From Halorarum halobium (lineage in GTDB: Archaea; Halobacteriota; Halobacteria; Halobacteriales; Haloferacaceae), in contig NZ_CP134950.1 in the NCBI RefSeq assembly GCF_032116555.1, positions 1-64,000 on the forward strand: a DNA stretch of 64,000 nucleotides, read 5' to 3'. Positions 30,110 to 39,880 of this stretch are shown here, piece after piece. A model generated the notes under the pieces. That model was given only the letters and a program-made list of their open reading frames with translations. It was not told where the DNA came from and ran no database searches. The stretch's first letter is position 1. Each line of letters begins with the position of its first letter. Position numbers and translations under genes: made by a program.

Positions 30110-30688
30110 TCACGCTGTGCGTGAGCGTGGAACGGTCCAGAGCATATTGTCGATCTTGAGCGAAAGCGTCTCGATTTCGTTCTCGATGTCATCGAATCGG
30201 TCGCACGGAATATAGACCGATGGATACGTACTCATCGAGTATACTTCCGTGTCGAACTCCGCCCTGAACAGTTCCATAGTCTCTCCGTTGGATCGGATGC
30301 TAGTAAACCGGTAGGTGTCCGCCGGTGCAAGACCAGTCCGCGATTCGACACTGGTCACGTGGGTCGGTTCGCCATCGTCAAGGTCGAAGGCCTCCCGACA
30401 GGCCTGCTCGAACCGCGACTCAATCCCTTCCGTGACGTGGTTGACGTATCCGACCGACGCTCCCCACGTGAGCAACCCCATTAGCACCCCTCCGACCGAA
30501 AATAGTGCCGCAGTACCGAGACCGTCTCGCCCGAGAACGAACGAGCCGGGGATCATGAACGCGTTCCCCAGCGCGAAACCGAACACCCAGATACCGCCGA
30601 TCGTTGCCAGCGGGTGCCAGGCCGAACGCCAGAATATCCTAGAAATAACGCCCTCCGGTACGGCGTTTGAGCGCATCGGCGACTCCAT
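30110..30688 (-). CDS. Hypothetical 2-TM protein
   Basis: Two TM then acidic soluble domain; start uncertain. Confidence 0.55.
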   Translation of the reverse strand: MESPMRSNAVPEGVISRIFWRSAWHPLATIGGIWVFGFALGNAFMIPGSFVLGRDGLGTAALFSVGGVLMGLLTWGASVGYVNHVTEGIESRFEQACREAFDLDDGEPTHVTSVESRTGLAPADTYRFTSIRSNGETMELFRAEFDTEVYSMSTYPSVYIPCDRFDDIENEIETLSLKIDNMLWTVPRSRTA

Positions 30689-30739
30689 AGTGTTAGATAC
30701 TCCCAAACATACATATAGTTTCTCCGGAGAGAACGAGGT

Positions 30740-31048
30740 ATGTTCGGGGAGTTCGGTTACGTCACGACGGCTCTGTTCGCTCTCATCGTCGGGTCGGTTG
30801 CCGGAACAATGGCTATCCTCACTTGGGACGTCTTTCGCGAATCCACGTTTGGAACGGCAATCATCGTCCTCGTAGTCGTATTTTCGATATTCACCCTCCA
30901 TCACGTCTTCTTGCTGAGTGTGGAGCCACGACTCGCTGAGTCTCGGTTGTACCAAGCGCTCCTGAACACCGTCGTCGTGATCTTCGTCGGGTTAGTGATT
31001 CGTCATCGAAACCGCCTCCAAGCGACAACGGGGGGATCTCGAACGTGA
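30740..31048 (+). CDS. Small 3-TM protein coupled to downstream regulator
   Basis: 3 TM with HH; GTGA overlap with next gene. Confidence 0.72.
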   Translation: MFGEFGYVTTALFALIVGSVAGTMAILTWDVFRESTFGTAIIVLVVVFSIFTLHHVFLLSVEPRLAESRLYQALLNTVVVIFVGLVIRHRNRLQATTGGSRT

Positions 31049-31635
31049 TTGATATACTCGGTCTCTACAACATCGTCACTGGTGTCGCCGCGGGAGCTGG
31101 CTTGTTGTATCTCCTCTCCGAACAGCATTTCGTCCACCAACACCAGCGGTTCGTCGTCGTGATGCTTGCGGGACTTCTTCTCTACGTAGCGGTTTCACCT
31201 ATCGTGAACGCCGTCGCACCGCATCTAACGCATCTGATCCATATCTTCGCCGGACTGCTGATCATTTGGGGGTTGTACAGCCCTCTCCACAACGATTTAC
31301 GAACCAATCAGTGGGATTCCCTTCTCTTTCGTAATCCACAATCGGTTCGGAAGTCCGACGAGTGGATGACGCCGATGGACGACGAAATTCTCCAGGTATT
31401 CCACTCGACACAGCTCGTACTCTCCCCGTCGATTATCTCACGGAATATTCACCGGAGCCGAGATGAGGTCAACCGGCGTCTTCGGACGTTAGAGAAACAC
31501 GGCTTCGTCTCAAGGGTTGATCGCGGACGATACAAGCTCACGTCACAGGCGGAACGGTATCTACACGGAGGGGCATACGAACCCATCTTCCAGAAGAAAG
31601 AAAATATATCTGATACGTCGGGTCAAGAGTTGTAA
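31045..31635 (+). CDS. Membrane-bound regulator: 3 TM plus PhiH1-repressor-like wHTH
   Basis: WMTPMDDEIL..LSPSII..VNRRLRTLEKHGFV..RGRYKLT. Confidence 0.82.
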   Translation: MIDILGLYNIVTGVAAGAGLLYLLSEQHFVHQHQRFVVVMLAGLLLYVAVSPIVNAVAPHLTHLIHIFAGLLIIWGLYSPLHNDLRTNQWDSLLFRNPQSVRKSDEWMTPMDDEILQVFHSTQLVLSPSIISRNIHRSRDEVNRRLRTLEKHGFVSRVDRGRYKLTSQAERYLHGGAYEPIFQKKENISDTSGQEL

Positions 31636-31770
31636 TCGACAGATAGAGGCGCCCCACATGAATTAATGTGTGACCGTATCGGCCAGTAGTATCATCTGAA
31701 AGGTCATTATATTATATTACCCCACACGAGAATGGGCTGCCCATGTCAGTACGACTCATGGGTGATTGGC

Positions 31771-32538
31771 GTGGCTAACGAGATAGATCGTCGTCGTTTC
31801 TTGCGACGTGCTGGCACTGCCGGAGCGATAGGAATGATGTCATTCGCTGGTTGTCTCCAATCGCAGATGACCGAGGGTTCCATCGGTGCGAACATGCAGC
31901 CGATGATGCAGATGGGGTTCGAGGCGATGGTGGGATCACCGGCGATGGATGAGTATCCGGCTGAGCCGAACGACGAGGGGTTCGTGGATGTTGCGATGAT
32001 CGCCTACGATGACGACACGAACAACTATCACTTCATGCCGCACGTGGTGTGGGTGGAGCCCGGAACAACGGTTCGTTGGGCGCACACCGCCAAAGGCATC
32101 TCTGAACGACGGACACACTCTGCGACAGCCATCACGCCTGACCTTATGGCAGGCTATCCGCGGTTGATTCCTGAAAACGGAGCCTCGTTCGACTCCGGGT
32201 TGCTTCCAGGCAGTCACGACAGCGAGTTCGACGCGGTGGGCGAGACCGAACTCATACGATATGGACCATATACCCACACGTTCGAGGAGAAGGGGGTCTA
32301 CTTCTATCTCTGTCAGCCCCACTACGGGGTTAGTGGGATGGCCGGCGCCGTTGTGGTCGGGGAACTCTGGGAAGAGAACCAAGGCGAGGGCTGGTCACCC
32401 GGCATGACCGCTGACCTCTCGCCCATCGTTGAGGCAGACCCAGTCAACGGGCCCGTAATCAAGGAGAAAATCGAGGGCGATCTCCGAACCATGGTACGTC
32501 ACGGTGAGGAGGGCGGCGAAGGCGGAGGTGGACACTGA
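31771..32538 (+). CDS. Halocyanin-like Tat lipoprotein
   Basis: DRRRFL, FAGC lipobox, THSAT, YLCQPHYGVSGM; GGTGA upstream of GTG 31771. Confidence 0.85.
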   Translation: MANEIDRRRFLRRAGTAGAIGMMSFAGCLQSQMTEGSIGANMQPMMQMGFEAMVGSPAMDEYPAEPNDEGFVDVAMIAYDDDTNNYHFMPHVVWVEPGTTVRWAHTAKGISERRTHSATAITPDLMAGYPRLIPENGASFDSGLLPGSHDSEFDAVGETELIRYGPYTHTFEEKGVYFYLCQPHYGVSGMAGAVVVGELWEENQGEGWSPGMTADLSPIVEADPVNGPVIKEKIEGDLRTMVRHGEEGGEGGGGH

Positions 32539-34271
32539 TGACAGAACACGCTACGGACGGCGGTGGGAGCGACTACGACGACCACGACGGCCACCACGGC
32601 CCGTCTGGATGGCGGTACTGGCTGTATACGACCGATCACGAAGTCATCGGCATCATCTACCTCTGGAACGCGCTGTTCTTCTTCGCGGTTGGCGGGCTGG
32701 CAGCACTGGTGTTTCGGACGGAACTGGCACTCTCCCCTGCCAACGCGATTCTCAACTCCGCGGGGTACAACAGCCTCCTCACGCTCCACGGATTGACGAT
32801 GGTCTTCTTCGTCATTCCGCCGCTGACAGGGGCATTCCAGAATTACCTCATCCCTCACTGGGTTGGAGCCGAGGAGATGGCCTATCCGCGCTGGAACGCG
32901 CTCGGTGCATGGTCAATCACCGCGGGTGGGCTGCTCCTCTGGCTCCCGCTGTTCACAAACGCCCTCGGACTCACAGGGCTCCCAGCGAACGGTGGGTGGT
33001 TCCAATACCCACCACTCACGACGATGCTCAACTCGTCGGGGATCGACGCGGAGATTGTCGGACTCACGCTGCTTCTGGGCGGCGGCTCGATCCCCGGCGG
33101 CATCAACTTCTTCGTCACCGTCGTGAACGAGCGACGGCCGGATCTCGGGTGGTTCGACATTCCGATGGCCTGCTGGGCGATCGGTATCATCACGCCCGCA
33201 CTCGGATTCTATACGTTCCCGTGGGTCGTCACCGCACTCAACCTGAACTTCCTCGAACGGGCGCTTGAGATGACGTTCTACAACGCCCGAACTGGGGGCG
33301 CACCCTTACTCTACCAGTGGATATGGTGGACATTTGGTCACCCGGAGGTGTACATCCTCGTTATCCCCGGTATGGGGATCGCAATGGAGATCATCGGCCG
33401 GTTCAGCGAGCGCCCCATCTTCGGGAACAAGTGGGTCATCGTCAGCTTTGTGACGCTCTCACTGTTCTCCGCGGGCGTGTGGGCTCACCACATGTTCACC
33501 ACCGGACTTGGGGCCTCTCGGTACGCCTTCATGGTGTTCTCGATGGTCATCGCCCTCACGTTCAGCCTCTATCTCTTCAGCGCTCTCGCAACGATGTACA
33601 AGGGACGGGTTCATCTCACGACACCGATGCTGTTCTCTATCGGGCTTCTCGTTGGACTCGTCTACTCCGGGATGGAGGGCCTTCAGCTTGGTCAGCCCGC
33701 GTTGGACCAGAAGCTCCATTCGACGTACTTCGTCGTCGGGCACTTCCACTTCACACTCTTCATGGTCGGCGTTATGGGCCTCCTCGCGGGCGTGTACTAC
33801 TGGTATCCACTCATCACTGGGCGGATGTACAATTCCCTCGCCGGCAAGTACCACGCAGTCACGACGCTGGGAGGACTTCCACTATTGTTCTTCCTGATGG
33901 CCCGGCTGGGCGAACTCGGGATGATGCGGCGCTACGCGACCTACACCTACATGCCGGAACTCCAGTTCTGGCATATACTGACCACCGGAGCCGCGTTCTT
34001 CGTCGCCTCCGGACAGCTTGTGTTCTTCGTCAATATGCTCTGGAGTCTTCGATATGGAGAACAGGTCGATAACCCGTGGGAAGACGTCCTCTCAGGACAG
34101 AATATGCCCTCTCCCGAGTGGGACGGCTTCCCGCACCACGCGCCGACGCCGGAGAACGTCTACGACGACATTCCCGATGATGCCGTTGACGTTGACCTTG
34201 ACGACGATTCTGGGACGGTCGTGTCGGATGGTGGCGTCGGCGTCAATCTCGGAGGTGATAACGATGAGTGA
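32538..34271 (+). CDS. coxA: Heme-copper oxidase subunit I (divergent A-type)
   Basis: TLHG, GHPEVY, WAHHM, GHFH, GMMRRY. Confidence 0.95.
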   Translation: MTEHATDGGGSDYDDHDGHHGPSGWRYWLYTTDHEVIGIIYLWNALFFFAVGGLAALVFRTELALSPANAILNSAGYNSLLTLHGLTMVFFVIPPLTGAFQNYLIPHWVGAEEMAYPRWNALGAWSITAGGLLLWLPLFTNALGLTGLPANGGWFQYPPLTTMLNSSGIDAEIVGLTLLLGGGSIPGGINFFVTVVNERRPDLGWFDIPMACWAIGIITPALGFYTFPWVVTALNLNFLERALEMTFYNARTGGAPLLYQWIWWTFGHPEVYILVIPGMGIAMEIIGRFSERPIFGNKWVIVSFVTLSLFSAGVWAHHMFTTGLGASRYAFMVFSMVIALTFSLYLFSALATMYKGRVHLTTPMLFSIGLLVGLVYSGMEGLQLGQPALDQKLHSTYFVVGHFHFTLFMVGVMGLLAGVYYWYPLITGRMYNSLAGKYHAVTTLGGLPLLFFLMARLGELGMMRRYATYTYMPELQFWHILTTGAAFFVASGQLVFFVNMLWSLRYGEQVDNPWEDVLSGQNMPSPEWDGFPHHAPTPENVYDDIPDDAVDVDLDDDSGTVVSDGGVGVNLGGDNDE

Positions 34272-35148
34272 CGCGGACGACGACGTTACCGTGCCGGACG
34301 ACAGCTCATACGGCACGCTCTCGGGAGCATTCTGGGCGCTTGTCATCGCGTTCGGACTCGGGCTGTTCTTCTATGACTTCGGGGTCGTTACGCTCGAAGA
34401 GGTCGCCAACGGTCAACCCATCGGAATCATCCACAACTTCCGTGTGACGATGTCCGTCATCGCGATGGTTGGTGGCGGGGGGTTCGTCGCTGTGACTGGT
34501 TGGTTCGTCTATCGATACGCCGCTCCACGCCGTGAAACTGCCGCGAAACTCCGTCCCGGCAGTGGTCGCTACACGTTCAGCGTGTGGAGTCTGGGCATCG
34601 CCTTCTTGGTACTGATGACCGTCTTCATGGGGGCGGGCGCGCTCGCACAGACCGACCAAGCCGCCGACCCGACCACACAGGCCGGAACGGACCGCGTCCT
34701 CGAGATGGACATCACCGCAGGACAGTGGTTCTTCCGGTACGACGTTGCTGGCGTCCCGTTCACGCAGGGGAATCACGTCGTCCTGCCTGCGGACACCGTG
34801 ATTAAATTCAGAATCACATCAGCCGACGTGATTCACTCCTTCGCAATTCAGGAACTCGGCGTGAAAAAAGACGCCATGCCGGGACAAGTCAACTCGGCGT
34901 GGTTCTCCGTTGAAGGGGTTGAGGGAGAACGGACCATCACGGTAAATGGAACTGAAATCCCCGCCGATACATATCAGGTCACGTGTGCCGAACTCTGTGG
35001 AAAGGGCCATTCGCAGATGGTCTCACAGGTGTTCGTCGTCTCGCCAGAGGACTACCGGACGTGGGTGGAGGCCAACGGTGGGACAGTTCCGGAGAGTTTC
35101 GAGGCTAGCGAAGGCGGCCACGGTGAGGAAGAGGAAGGAGGCCACTAA
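34264..35148 (+). CDS. coxB: Heme-copper oxidase subunit II (CuA)
   Basis: DVIHSF, DAMPG, CAELCGKGHSQM. Confidence 0.93.
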   Translation: MSDADDDVTVPDDSSYGTLSGAFWALVIAFGLGLFFYDFGVVTLEEVANGQPIGIIHNFRVTMSVIAMVGGGGFVAVTGWFVYRYAAPRRETAAKLRPGSGRYTFSVWSLGIAFLVLMTVFMGAGALAQTDQAADPTTQAGTDRVLEMDITAGQWFFRYDVAGVPFTQGNHVVLPADTVIKFRITSADVIHSFAIQELGVKKDAMPGQVNSAWFSVEGVEGERTITVNGTEIPADTYQVTCAELCGKGHSQMVSQVFVVSPEDYRTWVEANGGTVPESFEASEGGHGEEEEGGH

Positions 35149-35150
35149 CC

Positions 35151-35966
35151 ATGTCAAACGAAGATATGTCTGATCGACCCGGTGAACCGGTTCGCCGAGG
35201 GGAGGGAGCCGAGGGCTTCCCCCACGGTAGCAAGTACCCGCTGTTCGTCGCCCTGGGCATGTTCTTCACGGGGCTCGGGCTTTCGATGTTCACCGTGGCG
35301 CTGGTCATCGGGATTCCGGTCCTGATATACGGTATGTGGGGTTGGACGAAGGAATACACGATTGAGGAGTTTGAGACGGGTGTTGTTCCGGCGCAAAAAC
35401 GTCAGCTGCTCGGGTTCAAGTCCGGCTACATCTCGATGTTGCTGGTCATACTCGGCGAGTTGATAATTTTTGCCTCGCTGTTCGTCGTCTGGTTTTACCT
35501 CAAGGCGACGCGTGGGCCGTTCCCTCCCGAGGGAATGCCGGGACCAGATCTGATGCTTGGAATCGTGATGACGGTCCTGCTACTCGCGGCCAGCGTCGCT
35601 CTTGGCTACGGCCGCTACGCTATCGCACGAGATGAGCGGGCGCCATTCAACTGGGGACTCGCGCTCTCGATGGTGTTCGGTGTGGCGTATCTCGTGGTGT
35701 TCGCGCTTGACTGGATGAATATGGCTGCTGGCGGCGCAGTTCCCTCTCAGGGTCCGTATCCAGCTGCCTACTACGTGCTGACAGGGACACACGCGGCTCA
35801 CCTCTTAGCAGGCCTGGTGTTGAGTGGCATTATCGCCTACAGGGCGTGGGGGCGAGATCACTTCAGTTCGAACCGTCACCTCATGGTCAAGACGACGGAG
35901 GCGTATTGGCACTTCCTCACCTTCCTTTCCATTCTCATTCTGGCCTTCGTCTACTTCCCGGGGTGA
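35151..35966 (+). CDS. coxC: Heme-copper oxidase subunit III
   Basis: GELIIFASLF, YYVLTGTHAAH, YWHF. Confidence 0.9.
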   Translation: MSNEDMSDRPGEPVRRGEGAEGFPHGSKYPLFVALGMFFTGLGLSMFTVALVIGIPVLIYGMWGWTKEYTIEEFETGVVPAQKRQLLGFKSGYISMLLVILGELIIFASLFVVWFYLKATRGPFPPEGMPGPDLMLGIVMTVLLLAASVALGYGRYAIARDERAPFNWGLALSMVFGVAYLVVFALDWMNMAAGGAVPSQGPYPAAYYVLTGTHAAHLLAGLVLSGIIAYRAWGRDHFSSNRHLMVKTTEAYWHFLTFLSILILAFVYFPG

Positions 35967-35970
35967 GCGT

Positions 35971-37446
35971 ATGCCAGCCCACACCGATTCTGTCGACCGG
36001 CGTACGACTGACGCCCTGTTCACGCTCGTGCTCGGCGTCTACGCACTTATGCTGGCTGGGGCGACGACTGCCGTGACGGGGGCGTCTGCCGCGTGTCCGA
36101 CCTTGCCTGCCTGTGATGGGCTGACCTTCGAAGAGGGAATATCCGCGCTCGTAATCGTTGTTCTCTCTCACCGGGTGCTCGCACTGATCGTCGGCCTCGG
36201 TCTGCTTTGGCTCACGTGGCATGTCCGTGGCGACAGCGTCGCCAAGGGAGTGCGCCGCCCCATCATCGCTGCCGTCACACTCTACCCGGTTCAAGTCGCG
36301 GTCGGAGCACTGGCTGTAGGAGCAGACACGTCGGTTTCGGTCAGCGGGGCGCATCTGGTTGTTGCCGTGGCCATCTTCGGCGCATTGACGGTCGCGCTGG
36401 CACGGCAGTTAACCGACGTCTCGGACGAGTCCGATATTCCGAACGCCGGTGTGTTCGACCGCCATGACGGTGTCGAAGCGGAGATGGCTGGTGACGATCT
36501 ATCCATCTCCGCGGCCGAACCGGGCTCTGCTCGCGGGCCGAGCGCTTCGAGTAAGTCGACGCGGATGGGCGTTCGTTCGCTGTTTCCGGGACGTTCGTGG
36601 GAGTATCTCCGGATGACCAAGCCCCGGCTGATGTGGCTGCTTTGTCTCGTTGCACTCGCGGCGATGCTACTGGCCGGGGGACGCACCGTTCCGATGGACC
36701 GCATCGCGTGGACGCTCCTCGGTGGTGTGCTGGCGGTCGGTGCGAGCGGTGTGTTCAACAACGTTCTCGAACGCGATGTCGACGAGCAGATGAATCGGAC
36801 GGCGGACCGCCCCCTCGTGGAACAGCGGGTCTCGGTCCGGCGTGCGACGGCTTTCGGGATTGTGCTCGCGTTCGCCTCGCTGGGGGTGTTAGCAGCCCGC
36901 GTCAATCTCCTCGCAGCGCTGCTCGGTCTGCTGGCGATCCTATCCTACAGCGTTGGCTACACCATCCTGTTGAAACCGAACACCACCCAGAACATCGTCA
37001 TCGGCGGCGCAGTCGGGGCGTTTCCCGCACTCATCGGGTGGAGTGCCGTCAGAGGTTCGATCGGGTTCGAGATTCTCCTGTTGAGCGTGGTCATCTTCCT
37101 GTGGACGCCCGCTCACTTCTACAATCTCGCACTTATGTACAAGGAGGAATACGCAACTGCCGGGTTCCCCATGTTGCCCGTCGTGCGGGGCGAGGAGACA
37201 ACCCGACGACATATTGTGCTGTACCTCGCGGCGACGATGGTTGCGGTCGCGTTCCTGGGTGCGTTGACGGCCCTCGACTGGCTGTTCGCCGTGAGCGCCG
37301 TCGTCGCCGGCGCCGTCTTCCTCTGGTTCGTCGTCCGACTCTGTCGTCGCAAAACCGATCGGGCGGCCAGGAACGCGTTCGTCTCGGCGAACGCGTATCT
37401 CGGTGTGCTTCTTGTGGCCATCGTGGTAGACTCCATCTTCGTGTGA
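35971..37446 (+). CDS. ctaB: CtaA-like N-terminal domain fused to protoheme IX farnesyltransferase
   Basis: ACPTLPAC..HR; TKPRL, ERDVDEQMNRTADRP, LWTPAHF, PMLPVVRG. Confidence 0.9.
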   Translation: MPAHTDSVDRRTTDALFTLVLGVYALMLAGATTAVTGASAACPTLPACDGLTFEEGISALVIVVLSHRVLALIVGLGLLWLTWHVRGDSVAKGVRRPIIAAVTLYPVQVAVGALAVGADTSVSVSGAHLVVAVAIFGALTVALARQLTDVSDESDIPNAGVFDRHDGVEAEMAGDDLSISAAEPGSARGPSASSKSTRMGVRSLFPGRSWEYLRMTKPRLMWLLCLVALAAMLLAGGRTVPMDRIAWTLLGGVLAVGASGVFNNVLERDVDEQMNRTADRPLVEQRVSVRRATAFGIVLAFASLGVLAARVNLLAALLGLLAILSYSVGYTILLKPNTTQNIVIGGAVGAFPALIGWSAVRGSIGFEILLLSVVIFLWTPAHFYNLALMYKEEYATAGFPMLPVVRGEETTRRHIVLYLAATMVAVAFLGALTALDWLFAVSAVVAGAVFLWFVVRLCRRKTDRAARNAFVSANAYLGVLLVAIVVDSIFV

Positions 37447-37484
37447 GCATTACGGGCGGTGTCCCTGTCCGTTGTCCTCAACAG

Positions 37485-38186
37485 TCACCCGTCGCCGGCG
37501 GGTACCCAGCGGGTGAGCCTCGCTCCGAGTTCGTCGCTCCAGTACAGCATCCCGACTGTCGCCACGAATACGAGCGTCGAGAGGTCCCATGAGAGCCACG
37601 CAATCGTGCTGAATGTGGAGGCGCCGAGTAACGGCACGAGTAGCGAGAAGGAACAGCCGACGCACGAAACGAGACCGAACACCCCGGAGAGGGCGCCCTT
37701 CGTCGCGTCGAGTAGCCGAGCGTACAGGAGGTACGCAATCGAAAGGTACCCCACGAGTTTGAACGGGACGATGACCGTTTGTACCAACGTATTTCTGAAT
37801 ACGATGATTGGCCCCCAGCCAGGAGTGACCCAGGAAATACGAAACTCCGCTCCGGAACCGAGGTGTTGGAACAATCCGAGCTGAAGTAACCCACCGAGCG
37901 TCAGCAGTACGAACAGATATATTCCCGTTATGGACGCCGCCGAAGCGCGTACACCGAATCGACGAGCGGATGGGCGTGTCCGGGAAATTGCGAGTGCTCC
38001 GAGATTGATCCAGACGAATGGATATACCACATACCTCGGTTCAGTCACGGACGTTTGGGTAACGAGGAAATACCCCCAGACCACCGCTAACTCGACCCCC
38101 AAGACCGCCCCCCAGCGGACGATATCGCTACTCTCGATGCCAAAACGAACACGGATCTCGTCCAGATATTCCGTTGCTGTACTCAT
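37485..38186 (-). CDS. Multi-TM membrane protein with CxxC
   Basis: YPFVWIN, PGWGP, GLVSCVGC. Confidence 0.75.
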   Translation of the reverse strand: MSTATEYLDEIRVRFGIESSDIVRWGAVLGVELAVVWGYFLVTQTSVTEPRYVVYPFVWINLGALAISRTRPSARRFGVRASAASITGIYLFVLLTLGGLLQLGLFQHLGSGAEFRISWVTPGWGPIIVFRNTLVQTVIVPFKLVGYLSIAYLLYARLLDATKGALSGVFGLVSCVGCSFSLLVPLLGASTFSTIAWLSWDLSTLVFVATVGMLYWSDELGARLTRWVPAGDG

Positions 38187-38267
38187 CAGTTCAGCTTTCG
38201 GTACTGTGTATTATACACCGTACTCAATAAGCGTTGTTCGCCCATTTGTCTCGCCTACCCGATTTGT

Positions 38268-38693
38268 TCATTCCACGACGACACGACCAATCATCCTGTT
38301 CTCCTCGTGTGGCAAGCAAAAATATCGGTACGTTCCTGGGATATCGAACGTGTGGCTATATGTCTCACCTCGTTCGAGAAATCCTCTCGACGACGTGCTC
38401 TGTCGGACAGCCCGTTCGGATTCGTAGCCACCGCTGGCGAAATACGCCGCCTCCTCTGGCAGCGACTCTTCGTATGCTGATGCCGTATGGGGAGCAGGAC
38501 TCTTGTTCTCCCAGGTAACTTGCTGGCCGGGTTCGATTGTGATCTCAACAGGATCGAACCGAAGGTCACTCGTCATCGTGACTATTGGCTCCGGCGGGCC
38601 TCCCCCTCCGAGGCAGCCAGCAATTCCGGCCATCCCGGCAGTTAGCACACCCCCGCTCCGACGAAGCACCGTTCGTCGTGAGCAGCAATTCAT
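38268..38693 (-). CDS. Halocyanin/plastocyanin-family Tat lipoprotein
   Basis: SRRTVL, IAGC, PHTASA, YFCLPHEENRM. Confidence 0.9.
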   Translation of the reverse strand: MNCCSRRTVLRRSGGVLTAGMAGIAGCLGGGGPPEPIVTMTSDLRFDPVEITIEPGQQVTWENKSPAPHTASAYEESLPEEAAYFASGGYESERAVRQSTSSRGFLERGETYSHTFDIPGTYRYFCLPHEENRMIGRVVVE

Positions 38694-39394
38694 TAGTCCA
38701 GCCCTCGTTTGGAGGGATCACCGCTCGGTTCGAGTTTCTTTATTCGCGTCGCTAGTGCCAGAAACGTCGCGGCAAGCGTCAGCGTCACTGCCGCGGCCGC
38801 TGCGAAGTCGTGGGCTTGCCCCGAGTGATCAATGATTCCGTTGACGAGTTCGGCCCGCAGGAACGTGTGATGGAACTCCCCAACGAGCGGCGCAAAGTAA
38901 TCCACGATGTCATTAAGCCCGTACCAGACGGTGGCGACGGCGACCGCACTGACTGAGAACTCGGCGTAGCGATAAATCAGGAACGACTGCAGACTCATCG
39001 CGAGATGGCTCACGATGAGAAACCAGTAGAGCCAGGGTTCGATATCGCCCGCCCCGTTGAGAACCAGCTGGACGAACGGCGTCCAGAGCCCGAGTTTGAT
39101 GTTTCCGAAGAAGGCGAGCATATGGAGCCACTCGACGTCGTAGTCCAGTTTCCACGCGGCGAGACTAAGCGCGACGAACAGCGTCGCAGCGGGGCTGTCG
39201 GGGACGAACGGCCACATCACTATCGGGGTTTGGGCGAGCTGGAAGCGGTAGTACCAGAACCCGAACGCAGTCCCGGCCAGATTAATCGCGACGATGGCCC
39301 ACGCGTACCGAAGTGCGAGGTCCTCGACGCGCCGGGGGAGCGGGGCGAGGTAGCTGGGCAGTCGATTCGTTGTCGCTGTAGGTACGGACGTCAT
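38693..39394 (-). CDS. DUF1405-family membrane protein
   Basis: GTAFGFWYY..PDSP..KLGLWT..SHLAM..NDIVDY. Confidence 0.82.
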   Translation of the reverse strand: MTSVPTATTNRLPSYLAPLPRRVEDLALRYAWAIVAINLAGTAFGFWYYRFQLAQTPIVMWPFVPDSPAATLFVALSLAAWKLDYDVEWLHMLAFFGNIKLGLWTPFVQLVLNGAGDIEPWLYWFLIVSHLAMSLQSFLIYRYAEFSVSAVAVATVWYGLNDIVDYFAPLVGEFHHTFLRAELVNGIIDHSGQAHDFAAAAAVTLTLAATFLALATRIKKLEPSGDPSKRGLD

Positions 39395-39407
39395 TCGTCT
39401 CGCCGAA

Positions 39408-39878
39408 TTACATCCCTGAGCTGTCGTTTCGCCGGTTCATCATGATGATCCCACTGAACAACATCAGGACTGCGAGCGCGACCATTCCGAGGTCCCAGGC
39501 CATCCCGGCGGTCATCGTCGAGCCCATGCCACCGCTCATCCCGCCATCCATTCCGCCGTTCATACCGGACTCCATCCCGCCACCCATTCCCCAGTTCATA
39601 CTCCCGGTAACACCGACCAGTGCCTGGTTGAGCAACATCACGAGCGAGTAGCCGATCATCAGGGGACCACTCGCGTTCCCGAGCCGACTCGCGTAGGGCG
39701 TCAGCAGGACGACGCCGTGGACGACCACGACGACGCCGAGGAGTGCCATAAGGAGCCCGCTGTTCGAGCTCATCATCCCGCTGCCGGTTGTCGCGGAGAG
39801 CAGCGAGTAGACTCCCGAAACAAGTGCGATTGCCGCGCTGTACTGCCGTATCGTATCGCTCGTGTTCATCGTCTCCAT
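39408..39878 (-). CDS. 4-TM protein with Gly/Met repeat loop
   Basis: GMGGGMESGMNGGMDGGMSGGMG. Confidence 0.78.
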   Translation of the reverse strand: METMNTSDTIRQYSAAIALVSGVYSLLSATTGSGMMSSNSGLLMALLGVVVVVHGVVLLTPYASRLGNASGPLMIGYSLVMLLNQALVGVTGSMNWGMGGGMESGMNGGMDGGMSGGMGSTMTAGMAWDLGMVALAVLMLFSGIIMMNRRNDSSGM

Positions 39879-39880
39879 TG

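Noticed and set aside
32538..34271. Calling subunit I a nitric oxide reductase
   Set aside because: Active-site Tyr (HPEVY), CuA subunit II, subunit III and ctaAB are present; O2 reductase is more parsimonious
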